This document shows, piece by piece, positions 33,366 to 45,643 of a DNA stretch of 64,000 nt (position 1 is its first letter; every line of letters begins with the position of its first letter). The notes beneath the pieces were generated by a model. That model made no database searches. It was not told the origin of the DNA and saw only the letters and a program-made list of their open reading frames with translations. The position numbers were made by a program, and so were the translations under genes. Source of the DNA: Caldilineales bacterium (lineage in GTDB: Bacteria > Chloroflexota > Anaerolineae > J102); the NCBI GenBank assembly GCA_037443945.1, contig JBBINH010000005.1, positions 36,538 to 100,537 of the forward strand, given 5' to 3'.

Positions 33366-34373
33366 ATGTCCCTCGCAACCGGGATTGCCTTTGTGACCGG
33401 AGCCAACGGTTTTCTCGGTGCCACCTTGGTGCGACATCTGGTAGTGGCCGGTTGGCAGGTGCGCTGTTTGCTCCGTCCGGGCGCCGACGTTATGACGTTA
33501 CAGGACCTGCCCTTTGCGCGCATCGAGGGCGATCTGTGCCATCCGGAAAGCTATCGCCACGCCTTGGCCGGATGCGCCGCGTTGTTTCACCTGGCGGCGC
33601 TTTACACCCATGACCCTCGGCATGAAGCCGAGATGATGCGAGTCAACGGCGAAGGAACCCGGATGGTGCTGGAGGCCGGTCTCGATGCCGGCGTTGCCCG
33701 CATGGTCTACGTCGGCACCATCGGCGTGATCGGACAGCCGACGGATGGGAGCCTGGCGACGGAAGACACGCCTTTCAACCTCCCGCAGCCCAGCGCCTAT
33801 GTGCGCAGTAAGCTGGCCGGAGAACGGCAGGCGCTGGCCCTGGCGGCAGCCGGCGCGCCGGTGGTTGTCGTTCATCCGGTGGCCATGCTCGGGGCCGGCG
33901 ACTGGCGACCGACGGCGAGCGGTCGCCGTGTCTTGGCCGTTTTGTGCGGCCGTGTGCCGCCCTATCCCCCCGGCGGCATCAACTGGGCCCCGGTTGACGA
34001 TGTGGCGCACGGGCTCATCCTGGCGGCAGAGCGAGGCGTGCCCGGCCGCCGTTACATCCTGGGCCATGCCCAGGGGAACCTGGACCGCCAGGCCTTTATC
34101 GACCTCATCGGCGCGGCCGCACGGCGTCGGGGTCTTTCGTTTCCCGGACTCGGTGTGCGCCGAACCCTGCGCAACCGACTGGCGAGCCTGCGCCGACACC
34201 GAGTGGCCGAACGCACGGCTGCCGAAGGGGGGCCGGAACGCCTGACCTGCAATCCGGCCCGGGCGATCGCCGAGTTGGGGATGCCTCAATCGAGTCTGGC
34301 GGCGGCAGCCGCAGCCGCCGTGGATTGGTATTACCATCATCCTACCATCCTTGCCCGTTTTTGCGCCTCCTAG
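33366..34373 (+). CDS. NAD-dependent epimerase/dehydratase family protein
   Basis: IAFVTGANGFLGATLVRHL is the Rossmann motif and YVRSK the YxxxK motif. Confidence 0.75.
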   Translation: MSLATGIAFVTGANGFLGATLVRHLVVAGWQVRCLLRPGADVMTLQDLPFARIEGDLCHPESYRHALAGCAALFHLAALYTHDPRHEAEMMRVNGEGTRMVLEAGLDAGVARMVYVGTIGVIGQPTDGSLATEDTPFNLPQPSAYVRSKLAGERQALALAAAGAPVVVVHPVAMLGAGDWRPTASGRRVLAVLCGRVPPYPPGGINWAPVDDVAHGLILAAERGVPGRRYILGHAQGNLDRQAFIDLIGAAARRRGLSFPGLGVRRTLRNRLASLRRHRVAERTAAEGGPERLTCNPARAIAELGMPQSSLAAAAAAAVDWYYHHPTILARFCAS

Positions 34374-34406
34374 GGCCGCAGCGGCCGGGGGCATTGCCGA
34401 TTCTCG

Positions 34407-35540
34407 GTGTTTAGGATTATGATGAACGGCGTGGCCATCCTGCAACTCATCGTCGGTCTGATCCTGCTCATCCTCGGTGCGGAGCTGTTGGTGCGCGGGG
34501 CTTCACGGTTGGCCGCGGCCATCGGCATCTCACCGCTTGTCATCGGTCTGACCGTGGTCGCCTTCGGCACGAGTTCCCCGGAGCTGGCCGTCAGCCTGGT
34601 TTCGGCCTGGACCGGTCAGGCGGATATCGCCGTCGGCAATGTCGTCGGCAGCAATATCTTCAACATCCTGGTCATCATCGGTCTTTCGGCCCTTATCGTG
34701 CCGCTGACCGTGGCGCAGCAGTTGGTCCGGCTGGATGTCCCGCTCCTGATCGGGGTTTCTCTGCTGACCTTTCTGCTCAGTCGCGATGGCCTTATCGGCC
34801 GCGGAGAGGGGCTTATCCTGTTCGGTCTTTTGATCGCCTACCTGGTGTTTTTGGCCCGCTTCAGCCCGCGCGAATCGGTCGAGGTCCAGGCCGAATATGC
34901 TCAGGAGTTCGGCGATAGTCGTTTCAAGGGGCCCCTGCAATACGTCTCCTACTTTGTCCTGGTCGGGCTCGGTCTGATCCTGCTCGTGGTTGGCTCACGC
35001 TGGCTGGTGGCCGGTGCGGTTGCCGTGGCGCGTCTTTTGGGCGTGAGTGAGCTGGTTATCGGCCTCACCATCATTGCCGGCGGCACATCGTTGCCCGAAG
35101 TCGCCACCTCGGTGGTGGCGGCTCTGCGCAAGGAGCGGGATATCGCCGTGGGGAATGCGGTGGGGAGCAATCTGTTCAACCTGCTGGCCGTCCTCGGCCT
35201 TGCGGCCCTGGTGGCGCCGCGGGGTGTTGCCGTTGCGCAGGCGGCTCTTGTTTTCGATCTGCCGGTGATGATCGCCGTCGCCGTGGCGACCTTACCCGTT
35301 TTCTTTACGGGCTATCGCATTGCCCGTTGGGAAGGGGCTTTGTTCCTGGCCTATTATGCGGCGTATCTGCTCTACATAGGACTTGACGCTCTCCAGCACG
35401 AGACGTTGGGTCCCTATCGTGCGGTTATGCTGGGGTTTGTGCTGCCGTTGACGGCCATCACGCTGGGGATCTTGGTCCTCCGCGAATGGCAGATGATACG
35501 GCGCCGTGTCCTGCCGGGCGCTACCGAGACCCCTGACTGA
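34407..35540 (+). CDS. Ca2+/Na+ antiporter (CaCA family, YrbG-like)
   Basis: The protein has two alpha-repeat motifs, GTSSPELAVS and GTSLPEVATS. Confidence 0.85.
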   Translation: MFRIMMNGVAILQLIVGLILLILGAELLVRGASRLAAAIGISPLVIGLTVVAFGTSSPELAVSLVSAWTGQADIAVGNVVGSNIFNILVIIGLSALIVPLTVAQQLVRLDVPLLIGVSLLTFLLSRDGLIGRGEGLILFGLLIAYLVFLARFSPRESVEVQAEYAQEFGDSRFKGPLQYVSYFVLVGLGLILLVVGSRWLVAGAVAVARLLGVSELVIGLTIIAGGTSLPEVATSVVAALRKERDIAVGNAVGSNLFNLLAVLGLAALVAPRGVAVAQAALVFDLPVMIAVAVATLPVFFTGYRIARWEGALFLAYYAAYLLYIGLDALQHETLGPYRAVMLGFVLPLTAITLGILVLREWQMIRRRVLPGATETPD

Positions 35541-35699
35541 TCCTCGACGATGGCGTGTTTGTGGTTTGGTTCATCTTGTTCGCTCTCTTGCAGGCCGATC
35601 GATGGCCGGATAAGCAAGGATCAAGGCGTGGAGGATGACTTCGATCCTCCAGGTTCTAGGTATCCGCCGTTTTGAGCAACGCGAAAAGGAGTTTCCACG

Positions 35700-36815
35700 A
35701 TGCATGCCGACATCAAACTCGGCCGGATATGGGGTATTCCTATCGGTCTGCACGTCAGTTGGTTTCTCATTTTTGTCCTGGTGACGTGGTCGCTTGCCCT
35801 GGGCTATTTCCCCAACGAATACCCTTCGCTACCTCGAGGCGCCTACTGGCTGCTGGGGGTAGTGACGAGTATTCTTTTCTTCGCTTCGGTTTTGCTGCAT
35901 GAACTGGGCCATTCGGTGCTGGCGCTGCGGAATGGGGTGCCCGTTCGTGGCATTTCCTTGTTTATCTTCGGGGGTGTGGCCCAAATCGGGCGGGAGCCAC
36001 CCACGCCAGGGGCCGAGTTTCGTATAGCTATTGCGGGACCGTTAGCCAGCGCGGCTTTGGCCGCCGCTTTCGCCGTGCTGTGGTGGTTGGACCGGGCCAT
36101 TCCCTATCTAGCCGCGCCCAGCATCTGGTTGGCGCGCATCAATCTGCTCCTGGCCGTGTTCAACCTGATCCCCGGTTTTCCCCTGGATGGAGGCCGCGTT
36201 CTGCGCGCCCTGGTCTGGCAGTGGACGGGAAGCTATCATCGGGCGACCTACATCGCTTCCCTGAGCGGGCAAATCGTCGCCTTCGGCTTCATCGGCATCG
36301 GGGTGATCACCATCCTCGGCGGCAATCTCTTCAACGGGCTTTGGCTCATCTTCATCGGCTGGTTCTTGCAAAACGCGGCGGCCGCCGCCTATGCCCAGAT
36401 CAACCTGGAGACCCAACTGCGTGGGGTTAGGGTGGGTCAGCTCATGCGCAGCAGCTATCCGCGCGTAACGGCGCAAACGTCTCTTCAGGAGCTGATCGAG
36501 GATCAAATCTTGCGCAGCGGCGAGCGCTGTTTCATGGTGGCCGATGACGGCAACCTTTTGGGTATGCTGGGCCTGCGCGATATCACGGCCGTGCCCAAGA
36601 TGGCCTGGCCGCATACCACGGTAGCGCAGGTCATGGTCCCGCTGGAACGGCTGGTCTGGGTCGAACCGGAAACGGAGCTGATCGAGGCGCTTCATCTCAT
36701 GGACGAGAAGCAGGTGGCCCAATTGCCGGTCGTGCTGGCCAACCGCGTGCTCGGTCTCCTCTCGCGCGAGCAGATTTTGCACTATATCCGTACCCGCAGC
36801 GAGTTGAAGATCTAA
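35700..36815 (+). CDS. site-2 protease (M50) family protein with C-terminal CBS pair
   Basis: HELGHS is the zinc motif and [13 protein letters not shown] the LDG motif. The C-terminal ~120 aa resemble CBS domains. Confidence 0.85.
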   Translation: MHADIKLGRIWGIPIGLHVSWFLIFVLVTWSLALGYFPNEYPSLPRGAYWLLGVVTSILFFASVLLHELGHSVLALRNGVPVRGISLFIFGGVAQIGREPPTPGAEFRIAIAGPLASAALAAAFAVLWWLDRAIPYLAAPSIWLARINLLLAVFNLIPGFPLDGGRVLRALVWQWTGSYHRATYIASLSGQIVAFGFIGIGVITILGGNLFNGLWLIFIGWFLQNAAAAAYAQINLETQLRGVRVGQLMRSSYPRVTAQTSLQELIEDQILRSGERCFMVADDGNLLGMLGLRDITAVPKMAWPHTTVAQVMVPLERLVWVEPETELIEALHLMDEKQVAQLPVVLANRVLGLLSREQILHYIRTRSELKI

Positions 36816-36900
36816 GGCGTTGGCCAACGGCATATAGTTCGCTAATATCGCGCTAAGCTTCGGCTAACGGCGCGGGCTTATTCTCAGGGTAAATTCGGGT

Positions 36901-36922
36901 GCAGACGCCGGCAAGCGTCTGC
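36901..36922. promoter_or_regulatory. perfect 8-bp inverted repeat GCAGACGC-N6-GCGTCTGC immediately upstream of clpB RBS; three GCTAA direct repeats further upstream
   Basis: The repeat is seen directly in the sequence. It sits 10 nt 5' of the AAGGAGGA RBS of clpB. It is not a CIRCE, HAIR or CtsR consensus. Confidence 0.3.
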
Positions 36923-36952
36923 CATCCCCTGCAAGGAGGAAAGCGATTTACC

Positions 36953-39565
<2,613 letters not shown>

Positions 39566-39582
39566 TGGCTGCATCGCCCCCG

Positions 39583-39620
39583 GAAAAGGATGCCAACGCC
39601 TTGTTGGCATCCTTTTTTTA
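39583..39620. terminator. bidirectional rho-independent terminator between convergent clpB and livF
   Basis: The hairpin AAGGATGCCAAC-GCCTT-GTTGGCATCCTT is followed by TTTTTTT. Confidence 0.7.
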
Positions 39621-40409
39621 TGATAACCAGCGTTTACGACGCTTATAATGCTTTACTTGGCGATACGATTTTCGTTCGCCTAAGGCACTAAGACCCAAAT
39701 AAAACTCGCGAACATCGGCGTTTTCGCGCAAATCGGCGGGATACCCTTCTAAGACAATACGTCCGTTTTCCATGATATAGGCGTAATTGGCCACCTTTAA
39801 TGCCATATTAGCGTTCTGTTCGACCAGAAGGATGGTCGTTTGTTGCTCTTGATTGATGCGTTTGATAATGTTGAAAATCTCAAGAACAAGCAAAGGGGCC
39901 AAACCCAGCGAGGGCTCATCCAACATCATCAGCTTCGGTTCGGCCATCAGGGCGCGGCCGATGGCCAGCATTTGCTGCTCACCTCCCGAGAGATAGCCTG
40001 CCTTCTGCCGTCGTCGCTCCTGCAGCCGCGGGAAGTAGTGATAGACCATCTCCATGCGCGTCGCCAGGCGAGAGGCGGGAGCGGTGTAGGCTCCGGCGAT
40101 CAGGTTTTCCTCGACGGTCAGGTGCTCGAAGACGCGTCGCCCTTCCATGACCTGAAAAATGCCCATGCGCACGATTTCATCGGCATCCTTGCGCTGAATG
40201 GCCTGCCCCATGAACTCGATGCTGCCGTCGGTCACCTCGCCGTTCTCGGGTTTGAGGAGGCCGGAAATGGCCTTGAGGGTGGTGGATTTTCCGGCCCCGT
40301 TGGCGCCCAACAGGGCGACGATCTGGCCCTGGGGCACCTGGAGCGACATCCCCTTCAGGACCAGGATGACCTTGTTGTAGATGACCTCGATATTGTTCAG
40401 CGTCAACAT
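39618..40409 (-). CDS. branched-chain amino acid ABC transporter ATP-binding protein LivF-like
   Basis: GANGAGKST is the Walker A motif, LSGGEQQML the ABC signature and MLDEPSLGLAP the Walker B motif. The 3' third of the gene is AT-rich. Confidence 0.85.
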   Translation of the reverse strand: MLTLNNIEVIYNKVILVLKGMSLQVPQGQIVALLGANGAGKSTTLKAISGLLKPENGEVTDGSIEFMGQAIQRKDADEIVRMGIFQVMEGRRVFEHLTVEENLIAGAYTAPASRLATRMEMVYHYFPRLQERRRQKAGYLSGGEQQMLAIGRALMAEPKLMMLDEPSLGLAPLLVLEIFNIIKRINQEQQTTILLVEQNANMALKVANYAYIMENGRIVLEGYPADLRENADVREFYLGLSALGERKSYRQVKHYKRRKRWLS

Positions 40410-40463
40410 AGCCGCCTTCTCTGGGCGTGGGGGAGGGCGACGTCATCCCTCCCCCACAGATGG

Positions 40464-41687
40464 TTACGGTGTAGCCGAGATGTAGTCGCTCACCTGGACC
40501 CATTTGCCGTTCTCCACCTTGAACATGCGCAGAGCGTTGTTGCCCTTGTGGCTGGTGGGTGAGAAGGAAATGGGTGCGGTGACACCGCCGGTGTCGAAGT
40601 TCTGGATGGATTCGAGGCCGCCGCGGATGTTCTCGCCGGTCACGGGCTTGCCCTGCTGGATGGTGCGCCGGATGCCCTCGGTCATGACGGCCATGGTCCA
40701 CCAGCCCTGGCTATAGTGGAGCCCTTTGGCCTCCAGACTGGAGCCCTTGCTCTTCAACCACTCGTCGGGGTCCTTATGACCCGGCACGGGCGATGTGGGC
40801 GGGGTGAAGGGAAGGGCGCCGAACACACCCTCGGCTGCCGCTCCGGCCAGATTGATCAGGATCTCATCCGCACACCAGTTGAGCAGGATGAATTGCATGC
40901 TGTTCTTGTAGCCCTGATCGGCCGCGTTCTTCAGCAAAACGGCAGCCGGACTCGAAACCGTGTGGACGATGACGTAATTGGCGCCGAATTGCTGAATCTG
41001 GGCCAATTCGGCTACGTAGTCGGTCGCTCCGCGCGGCATGGGCAGGCTGGTGAAGCCGATGCCGTTGGCGTCGGCAAAGGCCTTGGCATCCTCCAGCGGC
41101 GATTGCCCGAAGGGACTATCGTGATGAATGACGGCCACCTTTGGCTTCCCGCTGTTGCCCTTCGCCGCCCAGTCATCCGCCGCCCAGCGGAGGGCAATGA
41201 TGGCCTGGTCGGAATAGGTGGTGCCGATCAGGAAGTTGTAGGGCGCCTCGTCCATCTTGGTCAGGGCTGCCGAATAGGAGGCCGACATGAAGGGGATTTT
41301 GTCCTCGGCGATTCTGGGCCGCAGGGCTTCGGTATCGCCGGTACCCCAACCCATAAAGGCCACCACTCCCTCGCCGACAAACTGGCTGTAGAGGGCTTCG
41401 GCCTGGTCCACCTTGTAGGCATAGTCGGCCGAGACCAGGTCAATGGGATGGCCCTCCACACCGCCTTTGCTGTTGAGCCATTCGACAAAACCTTTGACGC
41501 CTTCGCTATAGGGCGTGCCGACATCGGCCGTGGCCCCGGTCAAGTCGAAGATGGCGCCGACCTTGACCGGCTCTTGCGGCCGGACGGCTTCGGTCGCCGC
41601 CGGGGCTTGCGGCGCAGGACCGGCGCAGGCACTTAGTATCAGCACCGCGAACAACACGAATGGGATGATCAGTTGGCGACGCGACAT
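40464..41687 (-). CDS. ABC transporter substrate-binding lipoprotein (LivK/amide-type, family 4)
   Basis: MSRRQLIIPFVLFAVLILSAC is a lipoprotein signal on a periplasmic binding-protein fold. An RBS GGAGGA lies upstream of the 41687 start. Confidence 0.8.
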   Translation of the reverse strand: MSRRQLIIPFVLFAVLILSACAGPAPQAPAATEAVRPQEPVKVGAIFDLTGATADVGTPYSEGVKGFVEWLNSKGGVEGHPIDLVSADYAYKVDQAEALYSQFVGEGVVAFMGWGTGDTEALRPRIAEDKIPFMSASYSAALTKMDEAPYNFLIGTTYSDQAIIALRWAADDWAAKGNSGKPKVAVIHHDSPFGQSPLEDAKAFADANGIGFTSLPMPRGATDYVAELAQIQQFGANYVIVHTVSSPAAVLLKNAADQGYKNSMQFILLNWCADEILINLAGAAAEGVFGALPFTPPTSPVPGHKDPDEWLKSKGSSLEAKGLHYSQGWWTMAVMTEGIRRTIQQGKPVTGENIRGGLESIQNFDTGGVTAPISFSPTSHKGNNALRMFKVENGKWVQVSDYISATP

Positions 41688-41769
41688 GGGATATCCTCCT
41701 AACCAAAAAGCAAATAGAAGAAAAAAATCGGAAATCAATCTAAAATTTTAAGAAATCTTATCACCTCCC

Positions 41770-42813
41770 TTAATAGCTAAAAGGCCACAAACGGAAGTAA
41801 TTTTTGATGTCTCTCCAGATCTTATTCAGCCCTTCTGGTTCAAAAATCAGAAATAAGATGATTACCAAGCCGAATGCTGCTAACTGGAAAAAGGGGATTA
41901 ACCCTTCGACGATAGGAAATGTACCTTTGAGCGCCCGTCCCAGATTGGTCAACAAAGCCGGCAGAAGGGTCATAAAAGCCGCGCCGAAATACGAACCGGT
42001 GACCGAACCCAGCCCGCCGATGATGATCATGGCCAGGTAGGTGACCGAGACATCCATGGTAAAACGTTCCCAGGTCACGATGGTGCGGTAATGGGCCGTC
42101 AGGGCGCCGGCCAGACCGACGAAAAAGGAGGAAATGGCAAAGGCCAGGAGCTTGTACTTGAACAGGTCGACGCCCATGACCGAGGCGGCAATGTCCTGGT
42201 CGCGAATGGCAATGAAGGCACGGCCAAAACGGCTGCGGAAGAGGTTGACGGTAAGGAGGGTGACCAAAGCGGCACAGCCCCAGATGACCCAGTAGAAGTT
42301 GAAATCGGTGTTGACCCGTCGGCCGAACAGGGTCGGCGCCGGAACGACCAGGGCCTCGACCCCACCGGTCACGGCTTTCCAATGGGTGACCACCCACAAG
42401 ATGATGACCTGGGCGGCCAGCGTGGCAATGGCCAGGTACAGACCTTTCAGGCGCAGCGAAGGGATTCCGAAGACCATCCCCACCAAGGCCGTCATCAGGC
42501 AGGCGATAGGCGTCGATAGCCACCAGGGCACACCGTAGCGGGCGGTCAGGATGCCGGCGGTATACGCTCCCACGGCTAGAAAGCCCCCCTGGCCCAGGCT
42601 GATCTGGCCGGTGTAACCGACCAGGATATTGAGACCGATGGCCCCGATGACGGCAATCCCGACCTGATTGGCCAGATTGAGGTAGTAACGGCTGGCCAGG
42701 AAGGGGAAGATCAAGGCCAGGACGATGACCAGGACCAGGCGGATTTTCTGCGCCGGAGTGCGGCGCAACGCCATATCCTGCTCGTAGGTTGTGTGGTAAA
42801 TGCCCGAGACCAT
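41770..42813 (-). CDS. branched-chain amino acid ABC transporter permease LivM-like
   Basis: Polytopic permease of the LivM family. Confidence 0.8.
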   Translation of the reverse strand: MVSGIYHTTYEQDMALRRTPAQKIRLVLVIVLALIFPFLASRYYLNLANQVGIAVIGAIGLNILVGYTGQISLGQGGFLAVGAYTAGILTARYGVPWWLSTPIACLMTALVGMVFGIPSLRLKGLYLAIATLAAQVIILWVVTHWKAVTGGVEALVVPAPTLFGRRVNTDFNFYWVIWGCAALVTLLTVNLFRSRFGRAFIAIRDQDIAASVMGVDLFKYKLLAFAISSFFVGLAGALTAHYRTIVTWERFTMDVSVTYLAMIIIGGLGSVTGSYFGAAFMTLLPALLTNLGRALKGTFPIVEGLIPFFQLAAFGLVIILFLIFEPEGLNKIWRDIKNYFRLWPFSY

Positions 42814-42825
42814 GTCCGCCTCCTC

Positions 42826-43698
42826 CTAGACCCGTTCGATGATCTCCTGGCCGAAAAGGCCATAGGGCCGTACCATCAAAATGGCAACCAAGATGATGAA
42901 CGGCAAGACCTGATTCAATCCCTGACCGATATAGCCTCCGGTGTAGGTTTCCAAAAGGCCGATGATCAGGCCCCCCAGGATGGCGCCGGGGATGGAATCA
43001 AGACCGCCGAGGATGACCACAGGGAAGACGCGCAGGCCGAAATTGGCCAGTTCAGGCCCGACACCGACGATGTTGGCCACCAAAGCCCCGGCGATGGCGG
43101 CGCTGATGGCGGCAATCGACCAGGCCCAGGCAAAGATGCGCTTGACGCTGATGCCCATACTCAGAGCGGCCGGCTGGTCATCGGCCGCCGCCCGCATGGC
43201 AATGCCGGCACGCGAGCGCTGGAAAAAGAGGGTGAGGAGGGCTAACATCGCAAAGGCAATGCCCAGCGCCCACAGCCGGTCGACACCGACAACGGCACCG
43301 AAGAGGTTGACCGGATAGCTGGGGATGAAAGGCGGAAAGCTGCGGGGAAGATTCCCCCAAATCATGCTGACCACGGCCCGCAACAAACTGCTGAGCCCGA
43401 TGGTGACCATGATGATGGAGATAATCGGTTCCCCGATGAGGGGGCGTAACACGAAACGCTCGACCAGCACACCCAACGCGATGGCCATCAGCGCCGTCAT
43501 GGCCATGCCCAGGGTCCAATGCAACCCGAATTGCACCACCATGGCATAGGTGATGTAGGCGCCGACGAGGAGAAACTCACCCTGGGCAAAGTTGATCACA
43601 TCACTGGCCTTGTAGATGAGCACAAAGCCCAAGGCCGCCAGGGCCAGAATGGCGCCGTTGGTCAAGCCGGTCACCGTCAGTTGCACAAAAAGGTCCAT
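42826..43698 (-). CDS. branched-chain amino acid ABC transporter permease LivH-like
   Basis: Polytopic permease of the LivH family. Confidence 0.85.
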   Translation of the reverse strand: MDLFVQLTVTGLTNGAILALAALGFVLIYKASDVINFAQGEFLLVGAYITYAMVVQFGLHWTLGMAMTALMAIALGVLVERFVLRPLIGEPIISIIMVTIGLSSLLRAVVSMIWGNLPRSFPPFIPSYPVNLFGAVVGVDRLWALGIAFAMLALLTLFFQRSRAGIAMRAAADDQPAALSMGISVKRIFAWAWSIAAISAAIAGALVANIVGVGPELANFGLRVFPVVILGGLDSIPGAILGGLIIGLLETYTGGYIGQGLNQVLPFIILVAILMVRPYGLFGQEIIERV

Positions 43699-43701
43699 AC
43701 C

Positions 43702-45600
43702 TTACTCCTTGCCGTCAAGGGATTCGATGGCCAGGCGGGTCTGAATCCGGGCCGTGCGGCCGTCCTGATAGGTGATGGTCGTCTCCACATCAATATGCGA
43801 GGCGTAACTGTACAGAGCCGAGATGATATCGGCATATCGTTGGGCAATAAGCCGGCGCCGCACCTTGCGGGTGCGCGTCAACTCGGCATCGTCGGCATCC
43901 AGCTCCTTATGGAGCAAAAGGAAACGGCGCAAGCGGGCCGCCGGGGGCAGATCGGCATTCGCCTGTTCAACGTACCTGCGGATCAGAGCATAGACTTGCG
44001 GTTTTTGGGCTAAATCGGTATAGGTCGTATAGGCGATTTGGTGTTTTTCCGCCCATTTGCCAACATTGGCAAAATCAATATTGATTATGGCCGTAACAAA
44101 AGGCCAATCTCCACCGAAGACAACGGCTTCCTTGATATAAGGACTGAATTTCAGTTTATTCTCGATGAATTGGGGGCTGAATTTGGTGCCATCATGGAGG
44201 GTCATGACGTCTTTGACCCGGTCAATCACGACGAGATGGCCGTCTTCATCGAAATAACCGGCGTCTCCGGAATGGAGCCAACCGTCCCGTAGGGCTTCGG
44301 CCGTGGCCTCGGGATTGCGGTAGTAACCGAGCATCACCGCCGGCGAACGCATGAGGATCTCACCGCTTTCGTCAATACGGACTTCGGTTTCGGGGATGGG
44401 AGTCCCCACCGTCTGGAATTTGATGTCGCCGTCGCGATGGACGACAGCAATGCCGTTGATCTCGGTCTGACCGTAAATCTGCTTGAGGTTGACGCCCAGG
44501 GCGTGGAAGAAGCGGAACACATCCGGCCCCAAAGCCGCACCGCCCGTATAGGCCCGTTTGAGGTGACGTAGGCCCAACTGGTCTTTGATGGGCTGAAAGA
44601 CAAGCCAGTCGGCCAGAACGTAGAGCAACCGCAACCCGAACCCGGCTTTCTCCTTCCGAAAGCGCACATCGGCCATCCGATAGCCGATGTCGATGGCCCA
44701 CCGGTAGGCCTGCTGCTTGAGCCAGGTGGCATCTTCGATTTTGACCTGGACCTGGCTGACCAGGTTTTCCCAGATGCGCGGCGGACTGAACATGACCCGG
44801 GGCCCGATCTCACGCAGGTCGTGCTGAACGGTCTCCGGCTCTTCGGGGAAATTGACGGTAAAGCCCACCTGCATGCCGCAGGACATGACCATCATCTGCT
44901 CGCCGATCCAGGCCAGCGGCAAAAAGGAGACAAACTCGTCTTGGGGGGTCAGGGGATCGACTTTCATCAGATTGCGGCCCATGCTCAGCATGGAACGATG
45001 GGTGAGCATGGCCAGCTTGGGATTGGCGGTCGTGCCGGAGGTGGTGGAGAGGATGGCGATATCGTCGCCTTTGCCCTGCGCCAGGCGTTCTTCAAACCAA
45101 CCGGGATGCTCCTGTTCGTAGCGGCGTCCTTTCTCCTCGACTACCGGAAAGTAGAGCAGAAAATCCTCGCTGTAATGGCGCAAGCCTTTCGGGTCATAAT
45201 AGATGACTTTTTGCACTCCGTGGAGCTGGGGCCACATTTCCAGGATTTTGTCCACCTGCTCTTGATCCTCCACGACGATAAAGGTCACATCGGCGTGGTT
45301 GAGGATGTACACGATTTCGTGGACCACCGAATCCTGGTAGATGCCTACCGATTTGGCGCCAACAGCCTGCGCCGCCAGTTCGGCGATGAGCCATTCCGGG
45401 CGATTATCCCCGATGATGGCGACGGTGTGTTCGGGTTGCAGCCCCAGACTCACCAATCCTAAAGCGAAGTACTTGACATGCTCGTAATACTCGCGCCAGG
45501 TTAGGGTCTGCCAGATGCCGTATAAGCGCTCGCGCAGGGCGGCTTTCGTCGGTGTGTTTTGGGCGTGGGCGTAGAGGAGTTGAGGGAATGTTTCGGCCAT
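43702..45600 (-). CDS. AMP-dependent synthetase/ligase (long-chain acyl-CoA synthetase-like) embedded in ABC operon
   Basis: LSTTSGTTANPK is the AMP-binding motif. YGQTE and the downstream GWLHSGD are further family motifs. The start is chosen at MAETFPQ (45600) to avoid a 44-nt overlap with livG. Confidence 0.8.
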   Translation of the reverse strand: MAETFPQLLYAHAQNTPTKAALRERLYGIWQTLTWREYYEHVKYFALGLVSLGLQPEHTVAIIGDNRPEWLIAELAAQAVGAKSVGIYQDSVVHEIVYILNHADVTFIVVEDQEQVDKILEMWPQLHGVQKVIYYDPKGLRHYSEDFLLYFPVVEEKGRRYEQEHPGWFEERLAQGKGDDIAILSTTSGTTANPKLAMLTHRSMLSMGRNLMKVDPLTPQDEFVSFLPLAWIGEQMMVMSCGMQVGFTVNFPEEPETVQHDLREIGPRVMFSPPRIWENLVSQVQVKIEDATWLKQQAYRWAIDIGYRMADVRFRKEKAGFGLRLLYVLADWLVFQPIKDQLGLRHLKRAYTGGAALGPDVFRFFHALGVNLKQIYGQTEINGIAVVHRDGDIKFQTVGTPIPETEVRIDESGEILMRSPAVMLGYYRNPEATAEALRDGWLHSGDAGYFDEDGHLVVIDRVKDVMTLHDGTKFSPQFIENKLKFSPYIKEAVVFGGDWPFVTAIINIDFANVGKWAEKHQIAYTTYTDLAQKPQVYALIRRYVEQANADLPPAARLRRFLLLHKELDADDAELTRTRKVRRRLIAQRYADIISALYSYASHIDVETTITYQDGRTARIQTRLAIESLDGKE

Positions 45601-45643
45601 AGGCAAACCGTAACGGAAACGGCCCGCAGCCGGGGCCTTGTCC

